Assembly: GCF_037042905.1 (NCBI RefSeq)
Contig: NC_087245.1
Location: 3,474,001 to 3,538,000, forward strand
Source: Lytechinus pictus
Taxonomy: Eukaryota
Direction of reading: 5' to 3'
DNA: 64,000 bases
Positions within the stretch are counted from its first letter, which is position 1. Every line of letters starts with the position of its first letter. Under the pieces are notes generated by a model, which worked only from the letters and a program-made list of their open reading frames with translations, searched no databases and had not been told where the DNA came from. Position numbers and translations under genes: made by a program. Shown one piece after another: positions 1 through 12,960 of the stretch.

Positions 1-170
1 ACCCCAAAAAATCACCTACCACAATGATCCTGACCCCAAACACTCACCCATTACAACGATCTCGACCCCACACACACACACCTAGCACAACGATTCCAAC
101 CCCGTAACTTACCTAGAATAATGATCCTAACAGCACACACTCTCCCTTAACACGATGGTCCCAACCCCTT
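1..170. repeat. Degenerate ~32-bp minisatellite (ACAAYGATCC..ACCCC core)
   Basis: About five imperfect copies of acaa(c/t)gat(c/t)c...accc within the first 170 bp; two more diverged units near 388-440. Confidence 0.6.
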
Positions 171-1373
171 CATTTTATCGTTTTGGCAATACATTTGTTG
201 AAAATGGATATTGTCATTTTCATACCTAGATTACATTTAGTTTTTTGTAAAGATGAAATACCTTAGATTTGCAACTTTTCCGCCACAAATGATCCTTAAA
301 AATACGTCCAGGATTTTGGTTTCTGTTTTACGATCCCGTTGGAAGTTTCGTAACTCAATTTCCACCTTCTCCACCCCAAGCTCCTAACACATGATGATCC
401 ATAACCCATCACATCAAGTTCGATGATCCTCGACCCAACTTGCTGTATTGGTTGGTTTCTTTATTGTTTATTCTTCATCTTCATGGGATCTGTGACAGTT
501 TTTAGAATCCGGGTATTAGCTTCGATGAGTCTGCCATCGGCTTCCCATGTGTGCAAATATTGATAGAAAAATACTGCGCACGCCGTTTGTCTTGCTCCGT
601 CTTAGCCAAAAAGTCTGCGGCGATGTGTAATTTTAAACAAAGTTCAGACGTGATGTCTACTTTCTATTGGAGAAAGCTTATAACGCTTCTCCTGGGCAAA
701 GAATCGATTGAGAATTTAATCGAAATAAACATTAAAAAATTGACCAATTGAGAAGAATATTCGTCCAAGGTTTTGGCTTACTGATTCAAATTGATTCAAG
801 CCACGCATGAAAATGAGCACAGATTAACGAAGAACCCTTTTGGAAGTTAGAAATAGAAATTTAAATGATACAATAACAATGATTTGAGCATTTCTTGCCG
901 TAAATTTCAAGGCGTATTCGCTCAACCATGATATTGAAATTAACGGCAAGAAATGCTCAAATTATTGTTATTGTATCATTCAAATTTCTATTTCAAACTT
1001 CCAAAAAGTGTTTTCGTTAATGAGTGCTCATTCACGCGTGGCTGGAATCAATTTTTCTTCGATCTATTGTACATAAAAAAGGCACTGCCCTTTGTGATAG
1101 CCAAAACATTTTTGTTAATAATGTGGGTGGATTTATCAATTGCAAATAGTGGAAGGTTCAACACAAGAAATATCCCCCAAATTGTGTTTGTTCATCGATG
1201 TGTGCAAGACATAATATGACTTTACGTGCGACTGAGTTTGACACTTTATTGTAAATATAGGGTATCATTTTAAAGAACATTAAATGATCTATTGGTATCA
1301 ATTACATGTTAATATTCACTAAAACTAAGGAGTGATTATCGATCAAAGTCAGGTTTCCAAACTTTTTTTGAGG

Positions 1374-1405
<32 letters not shown>

Positions 1406-1408
<3 letters not shown>

Positions 1409-2208
1409 TGCGTCCCACAAAAAACGAAACCGAGATTTATCGATGATTTATCATAACTTAATCACAAATACAATAGACAAATGACCTACCATTGTAAAGC
1501 TTAGAATCTCCTCTTTCATCTAAAATTACTTAGATTATTTCTCATTCACGCATGAGTGAGCAAAAACAATTTGAAGAGGGGATACCAAAAAGTCATTTGG
1601 CGGGCTGTATCTGGGTTTCAAATAGAAAACCCCATTTTTGAAAAGTTCAATATCTGCTCTTTAATTTGATACCTCAATTACAGAAAATGGTCAAGAAATA
1701 ATAAAGTTCTGGTTATTTGAAATAAGGCTTGAATTTCAATAATTTCATAAAATTAAGAGGTTCTACAGGCTAGCGTTCAAACTCACTTGACGATCAGCCA
1801 TGCATTAAGTATTTTGTTAACCATGCGATAGCTTCTGTGGGAAACCGGTGAAAACACGTTTATTTAATGAAATTATGGAAATACAAGCATTGTTTCGAGG
1901 GACCATAACTTTTTTACTTCTTGACCATTTTTTGTGATTAAGATATCAAAAAAAGAGCAGATATTGAACTTTTTAGGCATGTGATTTTCTTTTTTTAATT
2001 CAGATACCCCCCGCCAAATTAGTTTTTGGTATCCTTTATTCAAATTGCTTTTGCTCACTCATGCGTGAATGGGGAATAATCTAAGTAATATCGGATGAAA
2101 GAGGAGATTTTAAGCTTTACATTGGTAGGTCATTTGTCTATTGTATTTGTGATTAAATTATGATAAATCATCGCTTAATCTCGGTTTCGTTTTTTCTGGG
2201 ACGCACTG
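1406..2208. mobile_element. Non-autonomous Tc1/mariner-type foldback element with ~300-bp imperfect TIRs
   Basis: Termini CAGTGCGTCCCA.AAAAAACGAAACCGAGATT / AATCTCGGTTTCGTTTTTT.TGGGACGCACTG; flanked by TA on both sides; inverted arms can be followed for about 300 bp; inserted at the end of a (TA)n tract. Confidence 0.9.
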
Positions 2209-3864
2209 TATATTGTGATGCCAAGAATACATGTAGGCACCCTACTGCCATAATAGTCTGTATTTACAGACCGCTTCTGGCGAAGTCTTGATAGACGAAA
2301 GCTAAAGCTAAGAATGGTTTCCTGACGTCATCTTTTGAGTCGTCCCTCATCTCATTATAAATATATATATACATGTATTTATCTGCATTGCATGCGTGAC
2401 GTGCCAGAGAAGAAATTCTGTAATTTTAGATCACACGGTTTTTCTCCTCGCACGATCACGTTTGAAGTAAGATTCATTCTGTCTACAATGTATCCGAGAT
2501 GGTCCTCATGTGCTCTTCTTGAAGGAGGCCAGATAATGGAAAGGAAATGGATTCGCACGGAGAATCTGTCAAAATGGCGAGTAAAAAAGTCAAAAACATG
2601 AAATACCACGTGACATTTTCTCCTAAAAAAAGAATAGATCTCATGTTCAACATTCTTTAGCGAGATGTCACATGATATATTCTGCTTCTGTTCCAGAACA
2701 CACTCAATACTTGAGTCACATCACTTTTCCGAAGTTATTCATAACATCATTGTCTTCGTTTGCTCCTCTTTATCTGGGAATAATAGCAGGCTTAATTTTG
2801 TCACCTATTTCTCATCCTTCTCTTAAAGCCTGTCAGTTCTAATTTAACACAAGGTTGTCATATTTCAGACGATCTCACGTCGTGTTATTCGCACTAGCGC
2901 GATAAACATTAGCGGACGTCATCACTGCCAAATGTTCTCATCATAAAGCAATTTACCATTAAAAAATCCCTTCGGAACAAACTGCTTTGTGTCTTTTGCA
3001 ATTAAGAATTATATTGATGTTATACATTTAAATTTTATGACACACTTTCGCAGAAATCGCACGTAAAAATGATTAGGATGGTAATATGGTGTTGACTTAC
3101 CTGATGATTACTTGAACGGACTTTAAAAGTTCTATTGAAGTTGGTGGCAGTGTGAAGAGATCTCGTGAAATGTTGTGTATTCTTGTGTGATTGGTGGTGG
3201 CAGGCAGCACAGAGCGATATGACCCGGTTGTCAGGTTGATTTACTGTGCAAACGGCTGTTCAAACATCGTCTCTCCCCCAAACCAATCCCTCCAAGTACA
3301 GTTCATCCAACTATCACCATCCTTCAACCTTTCGAGGATTATATAGGCTGTTGTTTTCAAAATCATGCTTAAATATCCCTTTTTATCCTAATGCAAATAT
3401 TCATAGGTTTGCTCATAACGCATCACCTCCGGGCAGAACTACCGTGAACATTTGCATTAAATCTTAAACTGTCAATCATCAGTCAAAATCGGTGTTGCAT
3501 GTGCAATTAGTTCAGAAGTCTTGCATATAACCAATAAGGATTACTAGTTTAACTTTGCCACCAATTGCAGAACTTTTCATTGCAGTTTCACAATTTAGGG
3601 ACAATTCAAGTGATTTTAATTTCGTATTTAGTGATGATGAAGTATGCAACAGTGTTTAATCATTTGAAATCAGTCAAGGATAAATTCTATTATCAGTTAC
3701 ACGAGAAATTGATCATTTTGTCTTTGACCCTCTTTCAATGTTATCGTCTTTCCTTGGATTTGATTACTCCACTCGAATACTTAATGATTTTTTTTTCCAT
3801 TTTTTTTATTTGTAGTATGTTCAGATCTACTATAGATAGTTTGTTTTCATCTTGAAATGTTTCC

Positions 3865-3960
3865 CCTCCCTCTCTCCCCCTCTCTTCTTCTCTCGCTCTC
3901 TCTCTTTCTCTCTCTCTCTTTCTCCCTCACACATATAATCTCTCTCTCTCTCTCTCTCTC
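3865..3960. repeat. (CT)n microsatellite, interrupted
   Basis: Direct reading. Confidence 0.9.
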
Positions 3961-5439
3961 ATGTTTCAGCAATCTGCCTATCATGCTGTCTATATAGTAA
4001 CCTGTCTTCCTATTTGTATTTTAATCTATCCGTCTCTAAATCCCTCTTTTTTCATTTCATTCCCTCACTTACCCTAATTTTGGCCATCCCTTCCATGTAT
4101 TTTTAAAGGTTCACAATGTAACAGTAGGCCATACTTCTGTGACACAATTATATGTCAAACGTATCGCTGTGTACTTGTCCAAAACAGTTACAGAGTTTCG
4201 AATTTAGTTACGAGATGTCCTTTTATAACTCTTATTTTGGTCCCTTGTATAACATTTATAAATGAATTGTACAGTCATATCGCAAGATTGTCTTCCGTCT
4301 TAAGTGTTTGCTCACTGTACTCTTTTTAGATTTGTCAATCTCTATTCATTGTAATTTTCTTACATTCTTCATTCAGTCTATGTCTCCATTTCTCATCCTC
4401 CTCACGTTCTCCACGTTCTTCCCATCTTCCTTTTCGTATCCCTTCATCAATCACCCTGCCATTGTCCTCACCTGAAGATTCAATTTCTCCCCCCGACAAC
4501 TCTTCTAAACCAGCTACACAGGTAATAATCCAGATAGAGTTTCTTCATCATTGTCACTCGGGGCATATAACTGCTTTCTCGCTTACCTATAGGTCGTATC
4601 ATGGGCTAATCATATACTCCGTGCCCCTTATTTGTCTCACGCATGCAAGGCTAAAAAGGGAAGTCATCATCAAAGAGGCACATCGGGGTTTCCAGTGCAG
4701 AACCTTGTTTTTGGTGTCGTACCATGGTTCAAGTATTATTACTCCTGCGAATGGATTAAAAAGATACTGTCATTATGTTATCTTGATCGTCGTGACTTTC
4801 AAAAAAGTGCATTCTTCTGGATTTCATGTTTGGTGTTGATTAATGATATTGCTGCTTAGTAGACAATGTAAATTACTCCAGCAGAATTAAGACGTGTACC
4901 CCTGTTATTGTATGAAGCCCTGAAAGATGATTATGTTATTTATAGAAAACAGAATAGATATCACGTCACAAATAGCACCTGTTAAAGCGAAATTTGTTTC
5001 CGTCTTTTCGTCCAGTGCGTCAATGGGAAGTAGTTTGTCGGTGCATGAAAGTACTCCCTGCTATTGAGGTGCACATTGTTTAATACATCAACTAACAGAG
5101 ATTTTTAAATTGCCATCATGATCCACCAAAAAGTGTATAGGTCGAGGCATTGACGAAATGTTTAGCAGCATATAGGAGTTTCTGTCAAACCATATTTATT
5201 TATATTGTCGATTACTTATTTTAAACAAACTTTTATTTTTTATGATTATTGACATGAACAACATTGTCATTTATATTTTTTTGCATATTGAGCTCCTGAC
5301 AAATATCACCATCACCGGTAATACTGTTACACACAAAGCGTTTTAATAACCCTTTCCCACCTTACCGAGATTTTCAGTGTTTTGTCATGGTTAAATATTG
5401 TACCTTCTAGTCGTTTTCCCCGAAGTCATCCACCAGGAA

Positions 5440-6145
5440 GTGTTACTCGGGGCATGCGATAGTGGTAGTATTATTTATGGTTTGGGGTTTTGAGAGGGCC
5501 TTTGTAGCTTGATTTTTACGGTTTCAGAGCTTTTCTTTTGTGAGATTGTTCCAATGCGTGATTGTTTCGGGGAAGAAGGGGTTCGCTAAGTGTGTCGTTG
5601 ATATGAAGGTAGACTTTACGTTGAATTGTCCATCGTGAGGGCGTCTCAATCGTGTTTCTTTCTTTGAGGCGTATCTTTGTAGATCTAGGTAGAGTTTTCC
5701 ACGTATCATCTTAAAAAAGCTAATGAGGCGTAGATTTTCCTTCTATCCTCTAAGGAGTTCCAGCCCAGTGTCTCCAACGTATCTGTAAAGCTGCATTCTC
5801 TACTGTTCTTCTCCATCACAAATAGAGCAGCCCGTAATGCAAGCATATTTGAGATGGGGTCTCACCAAGGTGTGATACTGACGCTCTTTTATCTCTTTGG
5901 AGCAATAATTGAACTTTCTTCTGATGAATTTTAAGACTTTTTACTCTTATATATTGCATATTGTGTCTGTATATCCCATTTCAGCTTATTTTCTATATAG
6001 ATCCCCAAGTATTTGTGACTGTTGATCTCCCGAAGCTGATCGCCTAGAAGAGTGTACTTTGTATAGCCTGGATCTTTCTTCCAAGATATCCTAAAAATCG
6101 AGCACTTAGATGCATTAAATTTTGTCATCTTGTCGCGAATCATAG
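5440..6145 (-). mobile_element. 5'-truncated, decayed non-LTR retrotransposon (CR1/L2-group ORF2 C-terminus)
   Basis: Minus-strand peptides KFNASKCSIFRI, HKYLGIYIENKLKWD, HTLVRPHLKYAC and PFFPETITHWNNL, separated by frameshifts; typical of the post-RT region of LINE ORF2. Confidence 0.85.
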
Positions 6146-7194
6146 AGAAATCGTGGTGAAAATATGTTTAAAAAAAAAAATATCGATCATGGTGACTTTG
6201 AAATTTATTGAACAATCGTAGAACCTTTGGTTTGAGTTGCCTGTTGAGCCATGTGACGAAGGTACCATAATGCCCAAATTAACAAAGCTGTAAGTTCTAT
6301 ATAAAAAAGGACGTCAGATCTTTTATGATTAACATTAAGAGTATAATTTAACAAAATACACGCTTCAAACATTTTCAAAATAAAACAAAATAGTTGCCAG
6401 TCTTAATTATTGGCATCACGTAGTATCAAAGCTCACTTTATTTATTAAAATCTTGTTTATCGGGATATTCATTTTAAGAGACCAACTCATTTGGGTCTCT
6501 GTAATGGATAGAAGATAATATCCTTTGACATCCCACGATCTGTAACAATATGGGAATTATGAGGTAACTGTAGGCAAGAAGGAAAAGGGAAATGCATCCC
6601 TAGATAGGAAAAGTTCTGCGGTCAGCTGCGAATGGCTCAACTGTGGCGGGGTACTTGTCAAATCGCACATTTTGTGGGGAAACGATCATACCGTCATTTC
6701 CTTCATGTAGGTAAATAAATGTAAATTGTTACCATCAGCAGACTCATTTACCAATTCAAAAATAAAACTACATAGGCCTACATTGCGCAAACTTGATGTG
6801 ATGAAAATAGTGACAATGTGGCCACTCATGGCAGCTGACAGTTTCTCAGAATTCTCTTTGAGGATTTTATTTTCATGCATGAAATCTGCAGATTTTGTAC
6901 AATTAGCAAGTCTTGATACCTTCTTTGTTGTTGGGACTTTAGTGGTAGAAGTCCACTCATGTTCTTTACTAATCAATTGATTTCGATATTTCTACGTCAG
7001 CATACCTTCGATGGCAGAAGAGAATTTACTATTGACTTCTCGAGCTTTCGAGTAGATGCCTGCCACGATGTGTAAACCTGGTAAAAGACAATGTCTGCTG
7101 TCTTGTGTCGTCAAACGATGCTCTGTGTTACTGCTCCACATATCATTTGTGTTCCTTATTTTATAATTTTTTATTTCTCCTCTTGGTTCCGTAG

Positions 7195-7335
7195 ATTCCT
7201 CATTCTGTACTCGGTGCTTTCTTGGACGCTATGGAACTTGGTTATAGCAAGTATGGCAATCCTTACCATAATCTGCTTCATGCGGCTGACGTCACACAGA
7301 CAGTACATCACATGTTAGCACGAATGGGACTAGTG
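7195..7335 (+). CDS. PDE1: PDE1 exon: IPHSVLGAFLDAMELGYSKYGNPYHNLLHAADVTQTVHHMLARMGLV
   Basis: gtag| acceptor, |gtaagt donor, 141 nt, YHN..H metal-binding motif. Confidence 0.95.
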
Positions 7336-10300
7336 GTAAGTGAACGAAATCATTCCAGTAGGGATGAATATTAAAGCTGTCGTAGCCGCTTCTCAAATAA
7401 CTCTAAATCATATGATTTGAAATTAATCCAAATCGGCAGATGTCTCCAGCTAAATAGGCCTAGTGGATTTAAGTACAATCTGTTGGGATTTTAATTTGAA
7501 GCCTAAAGATTTGAATTTAAATTCTTTGACTTTTAAATTAAATCTGTATGATTCGAACTGAATCCAGAATTATAATCGTCGTTATTCACACCTGATATAG
7601 AATCATATCAAATCCATGGAATTTAGAGTTTACTTCATAATTGCGCCACTTATCGAAACACGATACACATAAGGGGCCCTTTGCAGAAAGAGTATCGTTC
7701 AAACACAACTCTAAAATAACCGCTAATCCTGAATACATGGCTTTTATGTTAGAGTTGGGTTTTATTATAAATCTTTCTGTAACCGGGTTAGTTTTATGGA
7801 ATTTGCTTGTGATACATTCAAAATTCCAAAGATTTCATAAAAATCTTGATAGGCTGTAAATATTGTCCAGCCGAATGTTAAATTTAAAATTAAACCTTGT
7901 GGATTAAAATATAGAGCATTCAGATTTGATCTAAAATCTTTTGAGATTTAAAAGTTAATCATTAAGATTGAAAATTAATGGTCACTAATCACAGCCGATC
8001 TGGATTGATTTTAAATCCTTGAAATGTAGATTGTACGAGCGTAATGTGATGTTTTATTTTTACATTACCTGCTATGGGGTAAGACGTTACCGCGTAAAAT
8101 GACCAAACATTTTTTTTAGGTCATAGTTTGTTTTCAAGTGCTTCATTTTTGTTTATATCGCGCTGTCCGAATTATCTTTACTGGTAATTTTTTCATCCAT
8201 TTTTTAACGCTAACTGTAAAATGTTCTCACCACTTTCCTAAAAAGGAAATTATTTTGAACCCCTGTCTTGAATTTAGATGACATCGATATACATCGATTC
8301 TGTTCCTCTAATAAGATTTAAGCACAATGCCATGTCTTCATGGCACATGAAATATTACTTTTGCACTGTGAAATAACGGAGTTAGCAGCATTGTTTTTAT
8401 ATGAGGTGTGGAATTTAAAATTGGATTTGGCACCCATTTGACCTCGAGGTGCGTGAACGGGGTATAGTTGCATCACATGATGTAACATGACGAAATTACA
8501 TGGCACTTTCAAACCAATATGCTACGTATTTAGGATACCAAGATCGAAGTTTGATTTCAAAATATTTTCAAGTAATGATTAAGCTAGATGGGTTTTTGTG
8601 TCATTTCTTTGAATAAATATTTCCATTCTACGATCTAAGTACACTCTTAAAAATGTTGGGCAACATACGGTCCACACAACAATTGGTTAAAACTTTATCC
8701 AATTCTGGGTAGTTTTACACCAATAATATGTGCTTTGGGTGAAAACTACACAGTATTGGTTGAAAACTACCCAGAGTTGGATAAATTTTTTAACCAATTG
8801 TTGTGTGGACCGTATGTTGCCCAACATTTTTAAGAGTGTATTGTGCGTGGCTGTGTAGTTGTCCCATTGGCTTATACTTGACCCCAAAGAGCTTATATTT
8901 TCTTTGATTTATAATCTGGATATTAAATAATGTTGTAAGTGGTCTATAAGATACGACTGTATTACCTGTAAGACTGTATCAATTCGGTACACAGTCACAA
9001 CCAGTCATGTAATATGGTTTACATTCACATTGATATAGATGAAACGCTTCGGTCGAATTTCACCATCCTTTCTTTTGAAGTGGGATGCGACTTTTGTAAT
9101 GATGCTATTAAGTGTTGTGATGTAGAAGTGTCATATTACTAACTTTAATCGCGATTCTAACACGAACATTCATGTACTCCCTTCCAAAGCTTGGAAACTA
9201 ATTGACAGAGATTTTGTAAAGTGATCAAATGTAATAAAACCATATTAGGATAGCTTCTCGTTTTAAGTTAGCGTCATGTTTAAAAAAGGGGGAAATGAGA
9301 ACATGAATGGATTCATCATGTTTGGCTCCACATTTAATGTTTAGAATCTGACATTAAATGAATGACATGATCTCATGGAGACCTCATTTGGCAGGAAATC
9401 AGTGCAAATGATATCGATTGTATGCTATTTAGACGGATACATAATAAAAGAACCAACGTAAAACACGATGTCCTGGTTAGTAGATAGACACAAAAATTAG
9501 TGAACCGCTTGGGGCTCGAGTGAAGAAAAAAACATCTCTATAAAATGATCGACTAAAAAGAACAATAAAAGGAGCTTTGGGAATAAAGGGCAGAAAGTAG
9601 CGTTAAATTTATCATCCCCAATCAATTACTGCATTGATTACATTTAGTGCATATTGTTTCGCGTGTGCTGCTATGGCAACATCTTCTTTGGTTGCTTAGT
9701 GACGTATGCGTAAAGAAGTGTAATCTGAGGAGGTTCGTATGTGTGAATCGCAGATGATATACATGCGTGCGAGGGTATAGATGGAGTACTACTGTTGTGA
9801 CACCAAACAGGGCTAGAAATTAGAAAATTGTTGTACCGACCATTTAAATATTATGCTATATAACTTATGAATGACTCACAAGTACAACAGGAACAAAGTC
9901 TGCCATTTGTCTTTGATATATCAAACAGTTATGTCAAACAATATCAAACCTTTGTCATTCTAGTCCAAATTTATTGTTTGCAATTGGTACGTGTTTTATC
10001 TTTCTCTCCTTTTTTCAGTACATGAGTTCATGTTTTTTTTTCTCAAATTTTATATATTTTGGTGTGAAATTCAATTTGGTTATCCAAAAATGATTGATTT
10101 CAAACCATGAATAATAGGTACCTGCTCTAACGTGCCTTTTGTGTTTTTCCCCTGGTGATCCACCTTGTCGCTTATTTCCGTGCACATGTTTTTGAAAGTG
10201 TGTCACTTGTTCACTTCGTAAAGACTTTTTATTAAGTTAGAAATAAACATTCACGAAACACATTGTGTGTTACTTTTAGATAAAATTCGATTTATCATAC

Positions 10301-12847
10301 GAATGAAGACTTATTCGAAAAAAGGTGGTACGTGGATATATATATTTATATATGTATATACATATGAGTGCTGGGGCTGGATTCTGGAGACCTTTAATCT
10401 CTCTTTTTCTTATTTCCTTTTCTATTTTAATTTCCCCTATTTCCTTTTAATTTAACTGGTTCATGCTCTAGTTGTTATTTTGATTTTTATATGTTATGCA
10501 ACTACAAGAATATTTATTAGGAGGCTGCACTCTACAAGCTCCGCTTTTTAGCAGCCTCCTCCATTTCCAACCTGATATGTAATAATCTTGAATATAATTT
10601 TTGTACAGAAATACTTGAAATATGTTTTGTTATTTATATGTTAAAATGTACAAAATAAACTGTAATTGTTGAAAATGGAAATAAACGAAATGAAATGAAA
10701 TGAAATGAATATATATATATATAGAATAAACTAATCAAAGAAAAGTCGAATGAAATTTCAATTTTTCACGTTTTTTCACTTTTACTTTTACTAGTTTCAA
10801 TTTATTCTCCAGATTTCATTATTTTATGTGTGTATAATATTTCATTTATATTTTTTTCTTTTATCCAAGAGCCAAGTAAAATAATTTAAATTAACATGAT
10901 AAATACATCGCTATTTTGATAAATTTTGAAAAAGAATTATTGTATATCTTCATGTTCTTCCTCTCTATCTAATGTTTCTCTATAGTTATCATTCCTCTTC
11001 AACAATTATGAAGACTCTACACTCCTCCTTTTCTAAGATGTTTTTCTGTCTAATACCTAAGTTGTGTTATTGTTTTACAGCACTGGTTGTCTGACTTAGA
11101 GATCTTCGCTTCACTTCTAGCAGCAATAATTCACGACTTTGAACACACGGGTACTACAAATGCGTTCCATGTTAATACAAAGTAAGTAACATGAATTGAC
11201 TTCATAGTGGCTTAAAGGGGTGTGGGGTAGTGCAAGAGAGATGGATGGATGGATAAATATTTTTTTTTAAGATATTGATGTAAAAAGCGACAGGAAAAAT
11301 CGACTGATAAAAATACCTTCATAAACCAAGATGGATTAAATGTAGACATAAGTAGATTTAGATTTTAAAAAATTATGTGTACATTACATAGAACTTCATG
11401 CACGCATTCAACCATGTGTTTTATTCAGATGAGTAGAGAACCCAAATCTTTAATCTTCAAATTGACCATAAAAATGGAATTGAGATAAAAACAACAAGTT
11501 TAAAAGACAGATTAACAAACAAAATAACAAACGTTTGGATTCATAGACCGGGGGTCACGTTTTCAAAATGCAGGGGGGCTGAAAATTGTTCAATTTTGAG
11601 GGACTTTGTGGGGACAAGCTTATAGATCGATCACAATTTTTGTTCTCACAAATCAAAAAGTGTTTTTCACTCCAAAGAGGGATCTCTTAATCATTCCTTC
11701 CAAATAGGGGCACATGGTCGTACATACCGCAATGTACCGTTTTGGTAGAAAATCATATTTCATTACCCGTACTACCATCTCCGTAAAGCATCATCAGCGA
11801 CAACAACATCATCATTATCATCGCGATATATTTGTTACCTTTGTAGCCGTTTAAATTACAAACGCCATCTTTATAAACTTAGTTTATTATTATGACCGTC
11901 TTTATCCCGTCAATGCAGTCAACAAAATGAACACCATCGCATAATGTCGGAATCATTACAACTGTCATTTCTAAGTTGCACAAATCAGTAAACAATGATC
12001 GCATGATTTGAAAATGCCCATAGAATTCCTAATCCATTAGCTAGCTCCGCAAATAGAGTGTAACGGAGTGAATATTCGACGCCGCCAAAATATCCGCACA
12101 TTTGCGATTTAAAAATAGAAGAAGCTCAATTGAAATGGCCATGAAAATATACGGTCGCTTTGTGATCCAGTATGTTACCTCATGATACTAATTCTGTTTG
12201 ATTCATAGAGGTAAAGAGATGATGGAGAACGGGTACAGAGAAAAGATACAAAGGATTAAAAAGAGCGAGTGAAATAGAGATGAGAGATTCCGATTGATTC
12301 TGATTAATTGATGTTTGTTTGTTTTTTTCATTTAAAAGTTGATAAATAAAGATTAAATGAGAGAGATTGAATGCTCTTCCTAGATCTTGATGGTGTTGAA
12401 AAGCTTATGAATGGTTTTTGATTTTGGTGGATTTTGGCTGAACGGTCATCTTGTGGAGGATCCGTGGTGTAGTAGTTCTAACTCTCGCCTTCTAATCAGA
12501 GGGTCGTGTGTTCGAATACCACCGCGGCCTAGCGTCTTTTGGCAAGGCATTATCACACTGTCATCACTCCACCCTGGTACTGAAAGGGTACCCGGTAGGA
12601 TGTGACATAAAAGTAATTATAGCTTGCCCAGCACTGTGTGCACCTCAGAAGCGACTGACTAGAATACTTCCCAGGGAGTGGTGGATGTGCATACGTTGTT
12701 TGCGAGAATAACTGATTGAATCCAAAGACCGGGGTAATAATAAATCAGGAAGCGCTTAAATACGTACAATATATATGTCTTAAGCGCATTATAAATAACC
12801 ATATAGTAGTATAGTAGTAGTAGTAGTAGTAGTAGAAGCAGCAGCAA

Positions 12848-12913
<66 letters not shown>

Positions 12914-12914
12914 A

Positions 12915-12960
<46 letters not shown>

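Noticed and set aside
2323..2330. Single full CRE (TGACGTCA) as cAMP feedback element
   Set aside because: One 8-mer with no supporting cluster; chance is plausible.
6686..6976. 96-aa minus-strand ORF
   Set aside because: Non-ATG start, no recognisable domain and no convincing splice boundaries.
1..7194. Expected upstream PDE1 exon (W.FDVF-type) and calmodulin-binding exons
   Set aside because: Not found by manual reading; presumably upstream of the window, though a miss is possible.
12455..12530. tRNA genes (also at ~16180-16254 and ~28545-28621)
   Set aside because: Acceptor stems are imperfect, no Pol III terminator follows directly, and each continues into a SINE body.
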